Virus record (IMG/VR): IMGVR_UViG_3300033061_001635
Location: 111,134-175,133 of that record
Strand: one strand, 5' to 3'
Length of the DNA stretch: 64,000 nt
From: a virus
Taxonomy: Duplodnaviria > Caudoviricetes
This document shows, one piece after another, positions 9,674 to 18,899 of this stretch. The translations under genes and the position numbers were made by a program. A model generated the notes under the pieces. It ran no database searches. It saw only the letters and a program-made list of their open reading frames with translations, and was not told the DNA's origin. How positions within the stretch are numbered: the first letter of the stretch is position 1; every line of letters starts with the position of its first letter.

Positions 9674-10906
9674 TTAGTTTATTAATGTACCAGTGGCATA
9701 AGCTGTGCCATTATGGCTAAGATATTTGGCATAAGAGCCCACAGGAATAACATTGAACTTATTAAAGGTTTGATAGCTATATGTAACAGTAGCATTACCG
9801 CCACCAGTATCTCCTCCCGTATAATTAACTGATGTTAATCTATTCTTTTCTCCAAGATCTATATATAAAGCATCAGCATTTGTTGCTCCACAAACCTTGA
9901 TAACAATTTCTTCGTTAGGAGTATTGCTATAGTTTGTTTCACATGTGGCAGCGCTCATTGGTTGATCTTCATTATCATAAACCATAAAATCATTAGCATC
10001 GATATAATCACCAGATACTGATACTAATTCAAATTCGCTAGTAACCTCAATAGGAAATGTGGTATATTTGTAATATGGACCAAAAAATCCTAATTCATTA
10101 ATATTTTCTCTATTAAGAGAAGCGCTAACTGTTATATTTTGCACCTTTGGCGTATCGTCTTTACCATTAACTTGGCGCTTGTATGGAACTAATATTCCAG
10201 TTGGTAACATGGTAGCATTAGGATAGGATGTGAGTTTATTAGTTGTTTCGTCTCTTGCTGTTGTTAAAGCAACATTAGCTCCAGTTATTGAAACATGCTG
10301 TCTTCTAACAACAAGACTTGCTAATTCTCCAAGATCATCAGCAGCTGCTCCGCCGGGAACGGTAACTGAACCACCCCATATCTTTCTACTACCAGCCAAT
10401 GTTACTTGCTCAGTAGCATTTCCATCAACAGGGAAGGTAAAAGATACGCTATTCAAATACATTCCAGAGCATAAAGTGTGATGGTTCAAGGTTCCACTAG
10501 CTTTAGAATCAGTATCTTTAGAAACAGCGAATCTAACATTAACCATATTTGTTGCTACCTCAGTAATATCTTTATTTATAGATACTAGATCGGTTGCGTC
10601 GGTCCATGCTGTGCATAAAGAATACAGAGGGGCTGTTCCGTCTACTAATTTAGATAACGTTACCTCAACTTCTGGAGACGTTTCTACTTGAGTATAGATA
10701 GATAATGTTCCAAGTTGAGAAACTGGCTCAGTATTAAATGTTGTGCTTATACCAGCACTTTGTAAACCCAATGGCTGAATCCAGTCTGGATATGATATAT
10801 AATGACTAGGATTCCTATAATTTATAGGTTGAAAATTTCCAGTAGATACTGGTTGAAGATTGATACTTTGTGTAGCATAAAAAATTCTTTTATTAAGATT
10901 ACCCAT
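9674..10906 (-). CDS. Tail tube/major tail protein paralogue 2
   Basis: Same conserved blocks as 8536-9648 and 10899-12101. Confidence 0.7.
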   Translation of the reverse strand: MGNLNKRIFYATQSINLQPVSTGNFQPINYRNPSHYISYPDWIQPLGLQSAGISTTFNTEPVSQLGTLSIYTQVETSPEVEVTLSKLVDGTAPLYSLCTAWTDATDLVSINKDITEVATNMVNVRFAVSKDTDSKASGTLNHHTLCSGMYLNSVSFTFPVDGNATEQVTLAGSRKIWGGSVTVPGGAAADDLGELASLVVRRQHVSITGANVALTTARDETTNKLTSYPNATMLPTGILVPYKRQVNGKDDTPKVQNITVSASLNRENINELGFFGPYYKYTTFPIEVTSEFELVSVSGDYIDANDFMVYDNEDQPMSAATCETNYSNTPNEEIVIKVCGATNADALYIDLGEKNRLTSVNYTGGDTGGGNATVTYSYQTFNKFNVIPVGSYAKYLSHNGTAYATGTLIN

Positions 10907-12101
10907 TATAAATATCTCCAGTATTTAATTCTAGTGTGGAAGTTGATGATGTAGAGCTATTGATATTTTGAACATTAACTGTATTATTAGCATCAGTAAT
11001 AGTCAATCCCACAGCATATGTGCCACTAGCATCTATTTTAAAATCATTGAAATTTCTAAAACTATACGTTACTGTGGCATTTCCACCACCAGTATCTCCA
11101 CCAGCATAATTAACTGCTGTTAATGTATTTTTTGAGCCAAGATCAAAAGTCATACTATTATTACCATTTCTATGATCAAAATCACAAATGGCTAATCTAA
11201 TAGTTTTGTATGCTAAATTAGTTTTAGATGTTCCGCAAAAACTATCACCACTAAAGTCTTTGAAATCTAAACCATCGCCGTCTTCTGCAATAATTTCAAA
11301 TTCGCTAGTAACTTCAATTGGGAAAGTTGCATATCTGCAATATGGACTAAATTTACCCAGCTGATTGATACTTTCTCTTCCAAGATTAGCGCTCATGGTA
11401 ATATTTTGAAGGTGAGGCAGTTTTGAAGGGTTGTATGTTGGACCACCAATTCCTCCCGTTCCAACAGGAAGCGTGGATCCTTGGATATTAAAATATTGTC
11501 TACGTAAAATTCCACTACTACTTGATGGTCTTACTCCATTCATTACTTTTCCTTGAGTAAAGGTGTCACCAACTGATGGGCCCGACGTATTCACGCCAGC
11601 ATAGTTGTGGTTCCATCGTTTATTATTTCCGACAAGTGTAATTTCTTCGGTAGCATTTCCTTCTACTGGTAATGTATAATTAAAACTAGATAAATACATT
11701 CCTGTGCATACAACATATGAAGCTGCTGAATTCTCTGTGAATTGATTATTATCTTCATAAATTCCTAGACGAAAATGAACTCTATTATTTGATAATGACA
11801 CTAAACTAGCATTTTTAGCACTTCCTATTCCACCTCCACCTCCCATTGCCATTAAATACAAAGGACTGGTACTATCTATTACTTTGTTAATAGTCACTTC
11901 AACTTCTGGCACAGTTTCAACGTTGTCATATATTTCTACAGTTCCTAATTGAAAAGTTTGTTCTCGGTTAAAATTTGTTGTCATGCCAACGCTTTGGACA
12001 CCTAGAGGATTATACCAATAGGCTGATTTCTGAGATCCATCAGCATTACATGGTCTTAATTGAGCAACCTGAGAAGCATAATAAATTCTGTTGTTCGGCA
12101 T
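10899..12101 (-). CDS. Tail tube/major tail protein paralogue 1
   Basis: Same conserved blocks; preceded by GGGAG RBS and a GGTGTAT late-promoter-like motif. Confidence 0.7.
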   Translation of the reverse strand: MPNNRIYYASQVAQLRPCNADGSQKSAYWYNPLGVQSVGMTTNFNREQTFQLGTVEIYDNVETVPEVEVTINKVIDSTSPLYLMAMGGGGGIGSAKNASLVSLSNNRVHFRLGIYEDNNQFTENSAASYVVCTGMYLSSFNYTLPVEGNATEEITLVGNNKRWNHNYAGVNTSGPSVGDTFTQGKVMNGVRPSSSSGILRRQYFNIQGSTLPVGTGGIGGPTYNPSKLPHLQNITMSANLGRESINQLGKFSPYCRYATFPIEVTSEFEIIAEDGDGLDFKDFSGDSFCGTSKTNLAYKTIRLAICDFDHRNGNNSMTFDLGSKNTLTAVNYAGGDTGGGNATVTYSFRNFNDFKIDASGTYAVGLTITDANNTVNVQNINSSTSSTSTLELNTGDIYNG

Positions 12102-12151
12102 TGTAAACTCCCGTGAAATAGGATGTATATTTTATAGAATACACCAAATAC

Positions 12152-12904
12152 TTAGTAATAAATTATATTGTTTTGTTCGTTCTTTATCGAATCCAATAAG
12201 CTATGTGAAATTTCTTTGGCAACCGTATAATTATCAAAACTCATGCAAAATTTATGTAAAGTATCTTGGTTTTCAATCATGGCTATCATGGGTTTTTGAT
12301 ATAATATTACATTATTATTAATATTCATTATATCTGTATTTAATTGATCAATTCTACTACCATCATACACCAAAAAATAATAACTGTTATTCATTTTAGC
12401 ATTTGTGGATAAAATATGACTAATAGCATCGTCTATTATTATATCATATAAAAAATTATGAGCTTTCCACTTAGATTTTTGCATTAAGGAGTTGCAGATG
12501 TCATTATGTTTTTCTGGTAAAAATGGCCTAAATGACCTTGATCTGAACATAAAAGATATTGCAACTGGCGGAATATCTAAGTTGGATAGTTTGGCAATAA
12601 TATTATCAAAATCAATAGAAGAATCAGAGCAGTCGATTAGCACATATAATCTGACCGAAGAATTAGCACTTATCATTTCCTCCAAAGCGCCATCTGTAAA
12701 ATTTTCTTCATATTGATTATATATATTTTGAGAAAAACCATATCTACAAGCATAATTTTGAATATGATTATATCCCTTATCATCAACAGATATTTCTTTA
12801 ATATCCATAATTTTAGAAATAATATCTTTGGAACATCCTTTTAATATATTTGAATTATCGAGAGGAGTAGCAAACATGCATTCACAACATTTTGTATTTA
12901 CCAT
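12152..12904 (-). CDS. Hypothetical protein with N-terminal Cys cluster
   Basis: 250 aa; CxxCxF...C...C motif at the N-terminus. Confidence 0.6.
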   Translation of the reverse strand: MVNTKCCECMFATPLDNSNILKGCSKDIISKIMDIKEISVDDKGYNHIQNYACRYGFSQNIYNQYEENFTDGALEEMISANSSVRLYVLIDCSDSSIDFDNIIAKLSNLDIPPVAISFMFRSRSFRPFLPEKHNDICNSLMQKSKWKAHNFLYDIIIDDAISHILSTNAKMNNSYYFLVYDGSRIDQLNTDIMNINNNVILYQKPMIAMIENQDTLHKFCMSFDNYTVAKEISHSLLDSIKNEQNNIIYY

Positions 12905-12915
12905 AAATATTCCTT

Positions 12916-13560
12916 TTATAAATATTGTTCGATATTAGTTTGTATAATTTTATATATATTATCTTCTACGCTATTAATAGCTCTGGTAGTCCAATTATTG
13001 TCTTCTGTTCCCGCAAATTCTGATGGAACTTTCCACGATCCGCTTGAGGGTTTCATAATAGCCATTCCAGATCTAGAATATGAAAAATTACCATAAACAA
13101 CCTCATAATCTCGTACTATTATTTCATTTCCTCCGTATAATAACCATTCTAACCAAGGAAGTATATATCCTTTATTGTCATCTGAAACAGTAGCTATACT
13201 TGAAGATATAACTCCGTTCATATCGTCGGATTTCATCATAGTTATAGTAAATCCGCCTATTATACTATTTGACGATATTTTTGTGTTTGAATTTTTAACA
13301 TCTAAAGTTTCTATTAATGCATCTATTACTAGAGGTATTGATCCTGGATTTGATATCCCAAACTCTGCTTTTAATGTTCCTGCCATTAAAGAAGAATATT
13401 CTGGTTGAGACCGCAATGCTTCTGCTATTAAGAACTTAATTTCATTAGAAATAATTTTAATTGATTTACTTAGGGCATTATCAATAACCTTTTTAATTTC
13501 AATCAGTATCAAGTCCTTAATTTTACTATCTGTTTCTAGTAAAGTTAAAGATATTTTCAT
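12916..13560 (-). CDS. Putative neck/tail-completion protein
   Basis: About 214 aa (likely start MKISL); LPWLEWLL and C-terminal NNWTTRAI resemble HK97 gp10-like completion proteins; synteny. Confidence 0.5.
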   Translation of the reverse strand: MKISLTLLETDSKIKDLILIEIKKVIDNALSKSIKIISNEIKFLIAEALRSQPEYSSLMAGTLKAEFGISNPGSIPLVIDALIETLDVKNSNTKISSNSIIGGFTITMMKSDDMNGVISSSIATVSDDNKGYILPWLEWLLYGGNEIIVRDYEVVYGNFSYSRSGMAIMKPSSGSWKVPSEFAGTEDNNWTTRAINSVEDNIYKIIQTNIEQYL

Positions 13561-14078
13561 TTTCTTTTCCACATACAAATGATATAGGCATTGTCTCCTA
13601 GTCCAGCGAGTTCAGGATCTCCGTATCTTTCATATATAAAATTACCATATTTATTAATAGTATTATCCACCACTAATTCTGTAGCATTTCTTATTTTGGA
13701 TAATAATTCAATTTTACATATTGTCTGAACCATTCCATTGGGAATATTCAATGTTTTTGATGACCAATTTAACCAATGCTTGCTATCAAAAATACAAGCC
13801 AAATAGACGATTTCTGTACCAATATTAGATTGTATCATTCCCATACCCATACAAACAGGACAAATAGTTCCTTCGGTAAATACAACTGGTCCTGTTTCAT
13901 TATATTTATTAGTAGATAATTGTGATATACTATCAAAAATACAATTATTACAATATATAGGACTATTAGTTCCTGTGTATCTCAAAGTACATGGTACAGT
14001 TAGACCACTGCTGTCTAATAGCATATTAATACTATCTTTATAAAGATTTTTAAATTCGGCACCAAATAAATTATGCAT
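13557..14078 (-). CDS. Putative head-closure protein with CxxC...CxxC insert
   Basis: 173 aa; CNNC...CPVC.G.G Zn-ribbon; lies in the neck module. Confidence 0.5.
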   Translation of the reverse strand: MHNLFGAEFKNLYKDSINMLLDSSGLTVPCTLRYTGTNSPIYCNNCIFDSISQLSTNKYNETGPVVFTEGTICPVCMGMGMIQSNIGTEIVYLACIFDSKHWLNWSSKTLNIPNGMVQTICKIELLSKIRNATELVVDNTINKYGNFIYERYGDPELAGLGDNAYIICMWKRK

Positions 14079-14079
14079 T

Positions 14080-14274
14080 TTATATATAAACTATATCTGA
14101 GGATGTTGTGTCTTTAATATCAATTAATGATTCAATAACCGACCCATATAATGTTGTGCTGGTATTTGATATGTAAATAGTTTTACTAATTAAGTCTATA
14201 AAATTTACAGATAAATCTTTTTGATAAATTTCTAATGCTACTTTTGCAATATTGGTTTGTAATGTTATATTCAT
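14080..14274 (-). CDS. Hypothetical protein
   Basis: 64-aa ORF translationally coupled with its neighbours. Confidence 0.45.
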   Translation of the reverse strand: MNITLQTNIAKVALEIYQKDLSVNFIDLISKTIYISNTSTTLYGSVIESLIDIKDTTSSDIVYI

Positions 14275-14507
14275 TATGATAATAACTTTTTAGGCTCTCC
14301 TGCTAATCCCGGACCGGCTGGAGCATACGGAGCATTCTCGTTAATTATTGCTTGTATACACAACTGAGCCCATGATTCTGCTTCGGCTGCTGATGACCAT
14401 GCTGTTCCATTTGGCCAATCCGGCTGATATATAATTGGTTCTGGTCTATCATCAGAATATATCTTAACACAAAAATTATTAGCATCTATTGAATAAGTTA
14501 AATTCAT
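14274..14507 (-). CDS. Hypothetical protein (fibre-associated small protein)
   Basis: 77 aa with AGGAG RBS; QPDWPNGTAW...AESWA motif. Confidence 0.6.
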   Translation of the reverse strand: MNLTYSIDANNFCVKIYSDDRPEPIIYQPDWPNGTAWSSAAEAESWAQLCIQAIINENAPYAPAGPGLAGEPKKLLS

Positions 14508-14521
14508 TTATTTCTCCTTAA

Positions 14522-16783
14522 TTATGTAAGATTAATCCAATTATAGTCAGCTATTGATCTTTGAGTCCAGTTAATTCCATTTGTTGATGTTAATACTGTG
14601 GTAGTGCTTCCTATAATAATAAAAGTATTATTTTTGTAAATGATTTTATTCCATGGTCCATTTAATACTATATTACTAGTCCAATTTATTAGATCATTAG
14701 ATACTATAATATTAGCTAAATTATATCCTATAGCAACATAAGTATTATTCCCATATGCTATAGATTTCCATCCTGCAGATTCGGGCAGGTTGGCCGTTGT
14801 CCATGATGTGCCGTTTGCGCTGTATGCTATTTTATTGGTTTGTGCAGCAACTATAGCAAATTTATTTCCATAAATAATATCATTCCAATTATTGGTACTG
14901 GGCAAAGATCTTTGTGTCCATGTTATACCATCAGCAGATGTTGCAATGGTTGCTGAATTATAATTCATTGCTACAAAAATACCATTACCATAAGCACAAC
15001 CATTCCAGCTAGATGAAGACGGAGCATTTGGCCCACCAATAAAAATTTGGAACGGTAATGTAAATTTTGTCCAATTTAACCCGTCTGTTGATATTATTCC
15101 ATTTGCAGAAGCATTTGCCAATATGATAAATTTATTATTAGCATAAGCTATACATGTCCATTGATTATTAACATTTGTCACATTGAAATTTCTGCTAGTC
15201 CATGTTATACCATTTGTTGAAAATTCGTAATCTGAACTACCATATGCACAAGCAATAAATTTAGAATCTCCATAAGCCACGTCTTTCCATGATCTGGTTG
15301 CTGTTAAATTATTAACAGACCATGATGATCCATTATTATCACTTAATGCTATTACATTAGAGTTATCTGCAATTGCTATAAAATTATTTACAATATTAGT
15401 TAGTGTTGTACTAGAAGTAATGGTTGGCGTAGGAGTGGCGCTCAATGTTGGGGTAGACGTTAGCGTAGGAGTGGCGCTCAATGTTGGGGTAGACGTTAGC
15501 GTAGGAGTGGCGCTCAATGCTGGGGTAGATGTTAGCGTAGGAGTGGTGCTCAATGCTGGGGTAGATGTTAGCGTAGGCGTGGCGCTCAATGCTGGGGTAG
15601 ATGTTAGCGTAGGAGTGGCGCTCAATGTTGGGGTAGATGTTAGCGTAGGAGTAGATGTTAGTACTGGAGCATCTCCACTTGTGGATGTTGGAGTTGGCGT
15701 TTTTGTAGGAGTAGGCGTTAAACTCTTAGTTGGAGTTGGAGTATTTCCGGTTGTGGATGTTGGTGTTGGAGTAGATGTTGGCGTAGCAGCACCGCCAGAT
15801 GTTGGAGTTGGAGAGTTTGTCACCGACGGTGTTGATTGTGTGTTGTGATAAGGCAATATTTCTATAGACCATCTTACTATTCCATTATATAAGGTACTGC
15901 TAAGCGTATTTAATTCACCCAATGATGTATCAATAATAGTAAAATAATTATGTTGAAATTCTTCTACTAATTGTGGATAGTTTTTCCCATTAGGATTAAT
16001 TGCTCCATATTTGTCTAATCCAAACGATAATGTTTTAGCCACAGCATCAGAATCATAAAGATGAAGAACTTTATCTTTTTGTGCTATCAATATATCTATA
16101 ATGGTATTTCTTTGAGTAGCAGACTGTGCAAAAATATGAAGAAATATTTCTTGAGTCCAAATATTTTCTGTCGTACCTAATTCATACGGTTTGAGTTTGG
16201 TGCTAGGAGCTAACTCTAGAATGATTGCTGGTAATTGAACTCTATGAATAGAGGTTATGGCATAGTCGCCGTTTGCTTTATAATTTGAAGGAGTATATGT
16301 TTCTTTTTGTACTTCTTTCCACCAAATAGAATCGCTAGCTTTATATGTTTGTATATATCTATAAGAATAACTAGCAATAACAGAGCTAGATGATGATACT
16401 GCATTATTAAATTTTATTTGTCCAAGGGGATAGTTGACAGAATATCCGTATCCTCCGCTGCCTGTCGGTGCTGGTAAGAAAATATTATTTAGATATAATC
16501 CAGAAAATGATGATGGAACTGTATCATTATAGACTACTCCTGATTCATATACCCAATCTTTGCGAATAGACTGCCATAGCCTGCTTCCTGCTACTGTTGG
16601 ATCTGGTGCTAATTTAAGAACATGAAATCCGAACGCACCGGATATTGCAGGAGAAGGATTTGGCACATTAACAAAGCCACCTATGTTTAAAAAAGACCAA
16701 TCTAAAAATGATTTTAGATTATCTTCTAATAAAGAAATTTTATCTTTTTGAGTAATAGATCTGACATTATGAAATTGGGTCAT
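14522..16783 (-). CDS. Tail terminator-like domain fused through a Pro/Thr linker to a BNR/Asp-box beta-propeller-like domain
   Basis: N-terminal ~310 aa with VQLPAIILE...PYELG (terminator-like), ~145-aa T/P/S linker, C-terminal repeats W..(I/V)AYG.. and S.DGx.W. Confidence 0.6.
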   Translation of the reverse strand: MTQFHNVRSITQKDKISLLEDNLKSFLDWSFLNIGGFVNVPNPSPAISGAFGFHVLKLAPDPTVAGSRLWQSIRKDWVYESGVVYNDTVPSSFSGLYLNNIFLPAPTGSGGYGYSVNYPLGQIKFNNAVSSSSSVIASYSYRYIQTYKASDSIWWKEVQKETYTPSNYKANGDYAITSIHRVQLPAIILELAPSTKLKPYELGTTENIWTQEIFLHIFAQSATQRNTIIDILIAQKDKVLHLYDSDAVAKTLSFGLDKYGAINPNGKNYPQLVEEFQHNYFTIIDTSLGELNTLSSTLYNGIVRWSIEILPYHNTQSTPSVTNSPTPTSGGAATPTSTPTPTSTTGNTPTPTKSLTPTPTKTPTPTSTSGDAPVLTSTPTLTSTPTLSATPTLTSTPALSATPTLTSTPALSTTPTLTSTPALSATPTLTSTPTLSATPTLTSTPTLSATPTPTITSSTTLTNIVNNFIAIADNSNVIALSDNNGSSWSVNNLTATRSWKDVAYGDSKFIACAYGSSDYEFSTNGITWTSRNFNVTNVNNQWTCIAYANNKFIILANASANGIISTDGLNWTKFTLPFQIFIGGPNAPSSSSWNGCAYGNGIFVAMNYNSATIATSADGITWTQRSLPSTNNWNDIIYGNKFAIVAAQTNKIAYSANGTSWTTANLPESAGWKSIAYGNNTYVAIGYNLANIIVSNDLINWTSNIVLNGPWNKIIYKNNTFIIIGSTTTVLTSTNGINWTQRSIADYNWINLT
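15428..15661. repeat. 36-bp tandem repeat (~6 copies) encoding ATPTLTSTP(A/T)LS
   Basis: Unit CGTAGGAGTGGCGCTCAATG(C/T)TGGGGTAGA(C/T)GTTAG repeated in tandem. Confidence 0.95.
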
Positions 16784-16820
16784 TTAATATACTGACCGCC
16801 CTTCTGATTTATTATTTAGG

Positions 16821-17780
16821 TTAGGGCTGATACGTTACTATTAGTTTCCATCCATCGATGTAACCTGATCCTACAGGAGTTGGATCCGGATCAGTATCTT
16901 TGATCAATAATGACCATACTCCAGTTATACTGTGTCCAATAAGATTTCCAAAATTTGATGATAAAGTTTCATTAGAATATTTAACAATATCGGTTTTATT
17001 ATATATATTACAATAAGATCCATTATTAATATTATATACATAAGATGTTGGAAGTGCCTTATTAGAAAACATAAAGTTGAAATTAGTTTTTGGCATTTTA
17101 TGATTTGCAGATAATAAAATTTTATTGCCAGATGGTGGGGCTAAAAATATTTGCAAGTCTTGTGGAGATGTATGATTTAAATTATTTATAACAACTTCTA
17201 TATTTTCTATGTTATTCACATTTGTGGTCGTGATGCTACTATTTGATATTGATAAATCATTTATTATTAACCCTGATCCTTGATATACTGTTGAGTAAAT
17301 GTCTAAATTTAAACAGTCTGTATCTAAACACAGATTTTGAAAGTCTTGTGAAGACTCAGATGGAACTGGAGTTGTTGATGGGGTATCGTTAGCATTTGTT
17401 GAAGGGATACTAAGAATACAATTAGGAAATGGGGTTTGTCTTTTAATTATGTTAATAGTGCCATAAACTAGTCTTGTTATTTTATTGCCAATAAGAACAT
17501 CAAGATCATAAATAGCATTATCAAATTGAAAACTTTGTGTTAAAGCATTATTAATTTTTAATGTTATTAATCCTTTATCATTAGAAAATAACGATGTGTT
17601 GCCAATTTTTTTAGTAGAAAATCCAAAAGAATCACCAGAGTTCGGAATAATTTGCATAACAACGCAAGATGTATTACTATCTCCGAGATTTACTGGCTGG
17701 CCATTAGAATCATTGTATTGGAAATTAACTTCAAAATCACTACCTTGCTCTATAGGAAAATTATAATTTACTGCTGCCAT
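16821..17780 (-). CDS. Virion protein: BppU-like N-terminal module plus proprotein-convertase P-domain-like C-terminus
   Basis: Likely start MAAVNYNFPIEQG, paralogous to 36989-37390 (MAASKYDFAIEQG); C-terminal IEV.I..L.HT..QDL.I.L..PSG...GVWSL.I.D...G.IDGW.L. Confidence 0.6.
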   Translation of the reverse strand: MAAVNYNFPIEQGSDFEVNFQYNDSNGQPVNLGDSNTSCVVMQIIPNSGDSFGFSTKKIGNTSLFSNDKGLITLKINNALTQSFQFDNAIYDLDVLIGNKITRLVYGTINIIKRQTPFPNCILSIPSTNANDTPSTTPVPSESSQDFQNLCLDTDCLNLDIYSTVYQGSGLIINDLSISNSSITTTNVNNIENIEVVINNLNHTSPQDLQIFLAPPSGNKILLSANHKMPKTNFNFMFSNKALPTSYVYNINNGSYCNIYNKTDIVKYSNETLSSNFGNLIGHSITGVWSLLIKDTDPDPTPVGSGYIDGWKLIVTYQP

Positions 17781-17793
17781 AAAAAAATCCTTA

Positions 17794-18303
17794 TTAATAT
17801 AAGTCTCGTCCTCTGTTATCAGAGAATAGTGATCGTGGATCAAATTTATTACCAACAAATGGACCAAGAATTGCTCTAATAGCAGTAGCTTGACTAATAT
17901 CCCAATGAGAAGTTAATTCATCATATGATGCGCATGGTCCTTTTTCTAGTATCTTTATGAATCCTTCCAAACTTCCCTTTACTGTTAATGTTGCTGGTCC
18001 AAGTGCCGCTCTTATACCCTCTAAAGCAGCCTTTGTTCTTAGAGCACTTTGATCAATTATACAAGCAGCCTTAAGGGACACTAAGCTAATAAAAATTTCA
18101 TCATTATGATCAGTTGGATCAGGACTAATTTTGCCTTCTATAACATCAACATTATAAGAATGATCAAGAACAACATCAAATTGAACATATTTAGCAGCAA
18201 CAGTTATGATCTGTTTTATTCTTTCGTCGCTATATACTTGCTGATCATTGAGATCATTAATTAGCGTTCTTACTATTATTGGTATTTCAGCATCCCAAGA
18301 CAT
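17794..18303 (-). CDS. Putative head-tail adaptor
   Basis: 169 aa; N-terminal VR.LI.D.....YSDE.I typical of adaptor/connector proteins. Confidence 0.55.
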   Translation of the reverse strand: MSWDAEIPIIVRTLINDLNDQQVYSDERIKQIITVAAKYVQFDVVLDHSYNVDVIEGKISPDPTDHNDEIFISLVSLKAACIIDQSALRTKAALEGIRAALGPATLTVKGSLEGFIKILEKGPCASYDELTSHWDISQATAIRAILGPFVGNKFDPRSLFSDNRGRDLY

Positions 18304-18369
18304 AATATGGCCTTTTTAAAAAAATGAAATATTAAGCACACTTATAGGCATTATCTATTTATACACTTT

Positions 18370-18717
18370 TTAAACCGATCCTGATGGATTTGGGAGTGAA
18401 TCTAGTATAGTTACTGTACCATCCTCATTCATGGTAAATTGACCAATTAAAGCCAATCCTTTACTAATAGCTTCTGGTTTAATATTAGCAATTAATTGAC
18501 CCAGAGCATAATGTAATTCAAATACCTCTTTAGCATCGTTTCCTAATGCCTCTGCTATTTCTGATGGAGTTGCTCGTGGATTATTCCAGAAAGTTTGTGA
18601 TCCATTATTAAAAGCATTTACCATAGACTGAAAGGTAAATCTTGTGGTATTTTTAATATTATTAGATATCTGAATTGATTTGTCTATTGATGATTGATTA
18701 TTGTCTAAAATACTCAT
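18370..18717 (-). CDS. Hypothetical protein
   Basis: 115-aa ORF with GGAG RBS. Confidence 0.6.
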   Translation of the reverse strand: MSILDNNQSSIDKSIQISNNIKNTTRFTFQSMVNAFNNGSQTFWNNPRATPSEIAEALGNDAKEVFELHYALGQLIANIKPEAISKGLALIGQFTMNEDGTVTILDSLPNPSGSV

Positions 18718-18899
18718 ATTATTTCTCCATTATTTAGATTTGATAAATAACTTTCAACTAATTCATTAACTTCTTCTTGTGTTGGATAATGGTCAAATTT
18801 GAAAAACTGGGTTGAGTTTTCATCAATAATTACTCGTACCCTATATTTATCAGCGGCATCAAGAAAAACTTCAGTAATAGTATAATTCATATTTTCACC

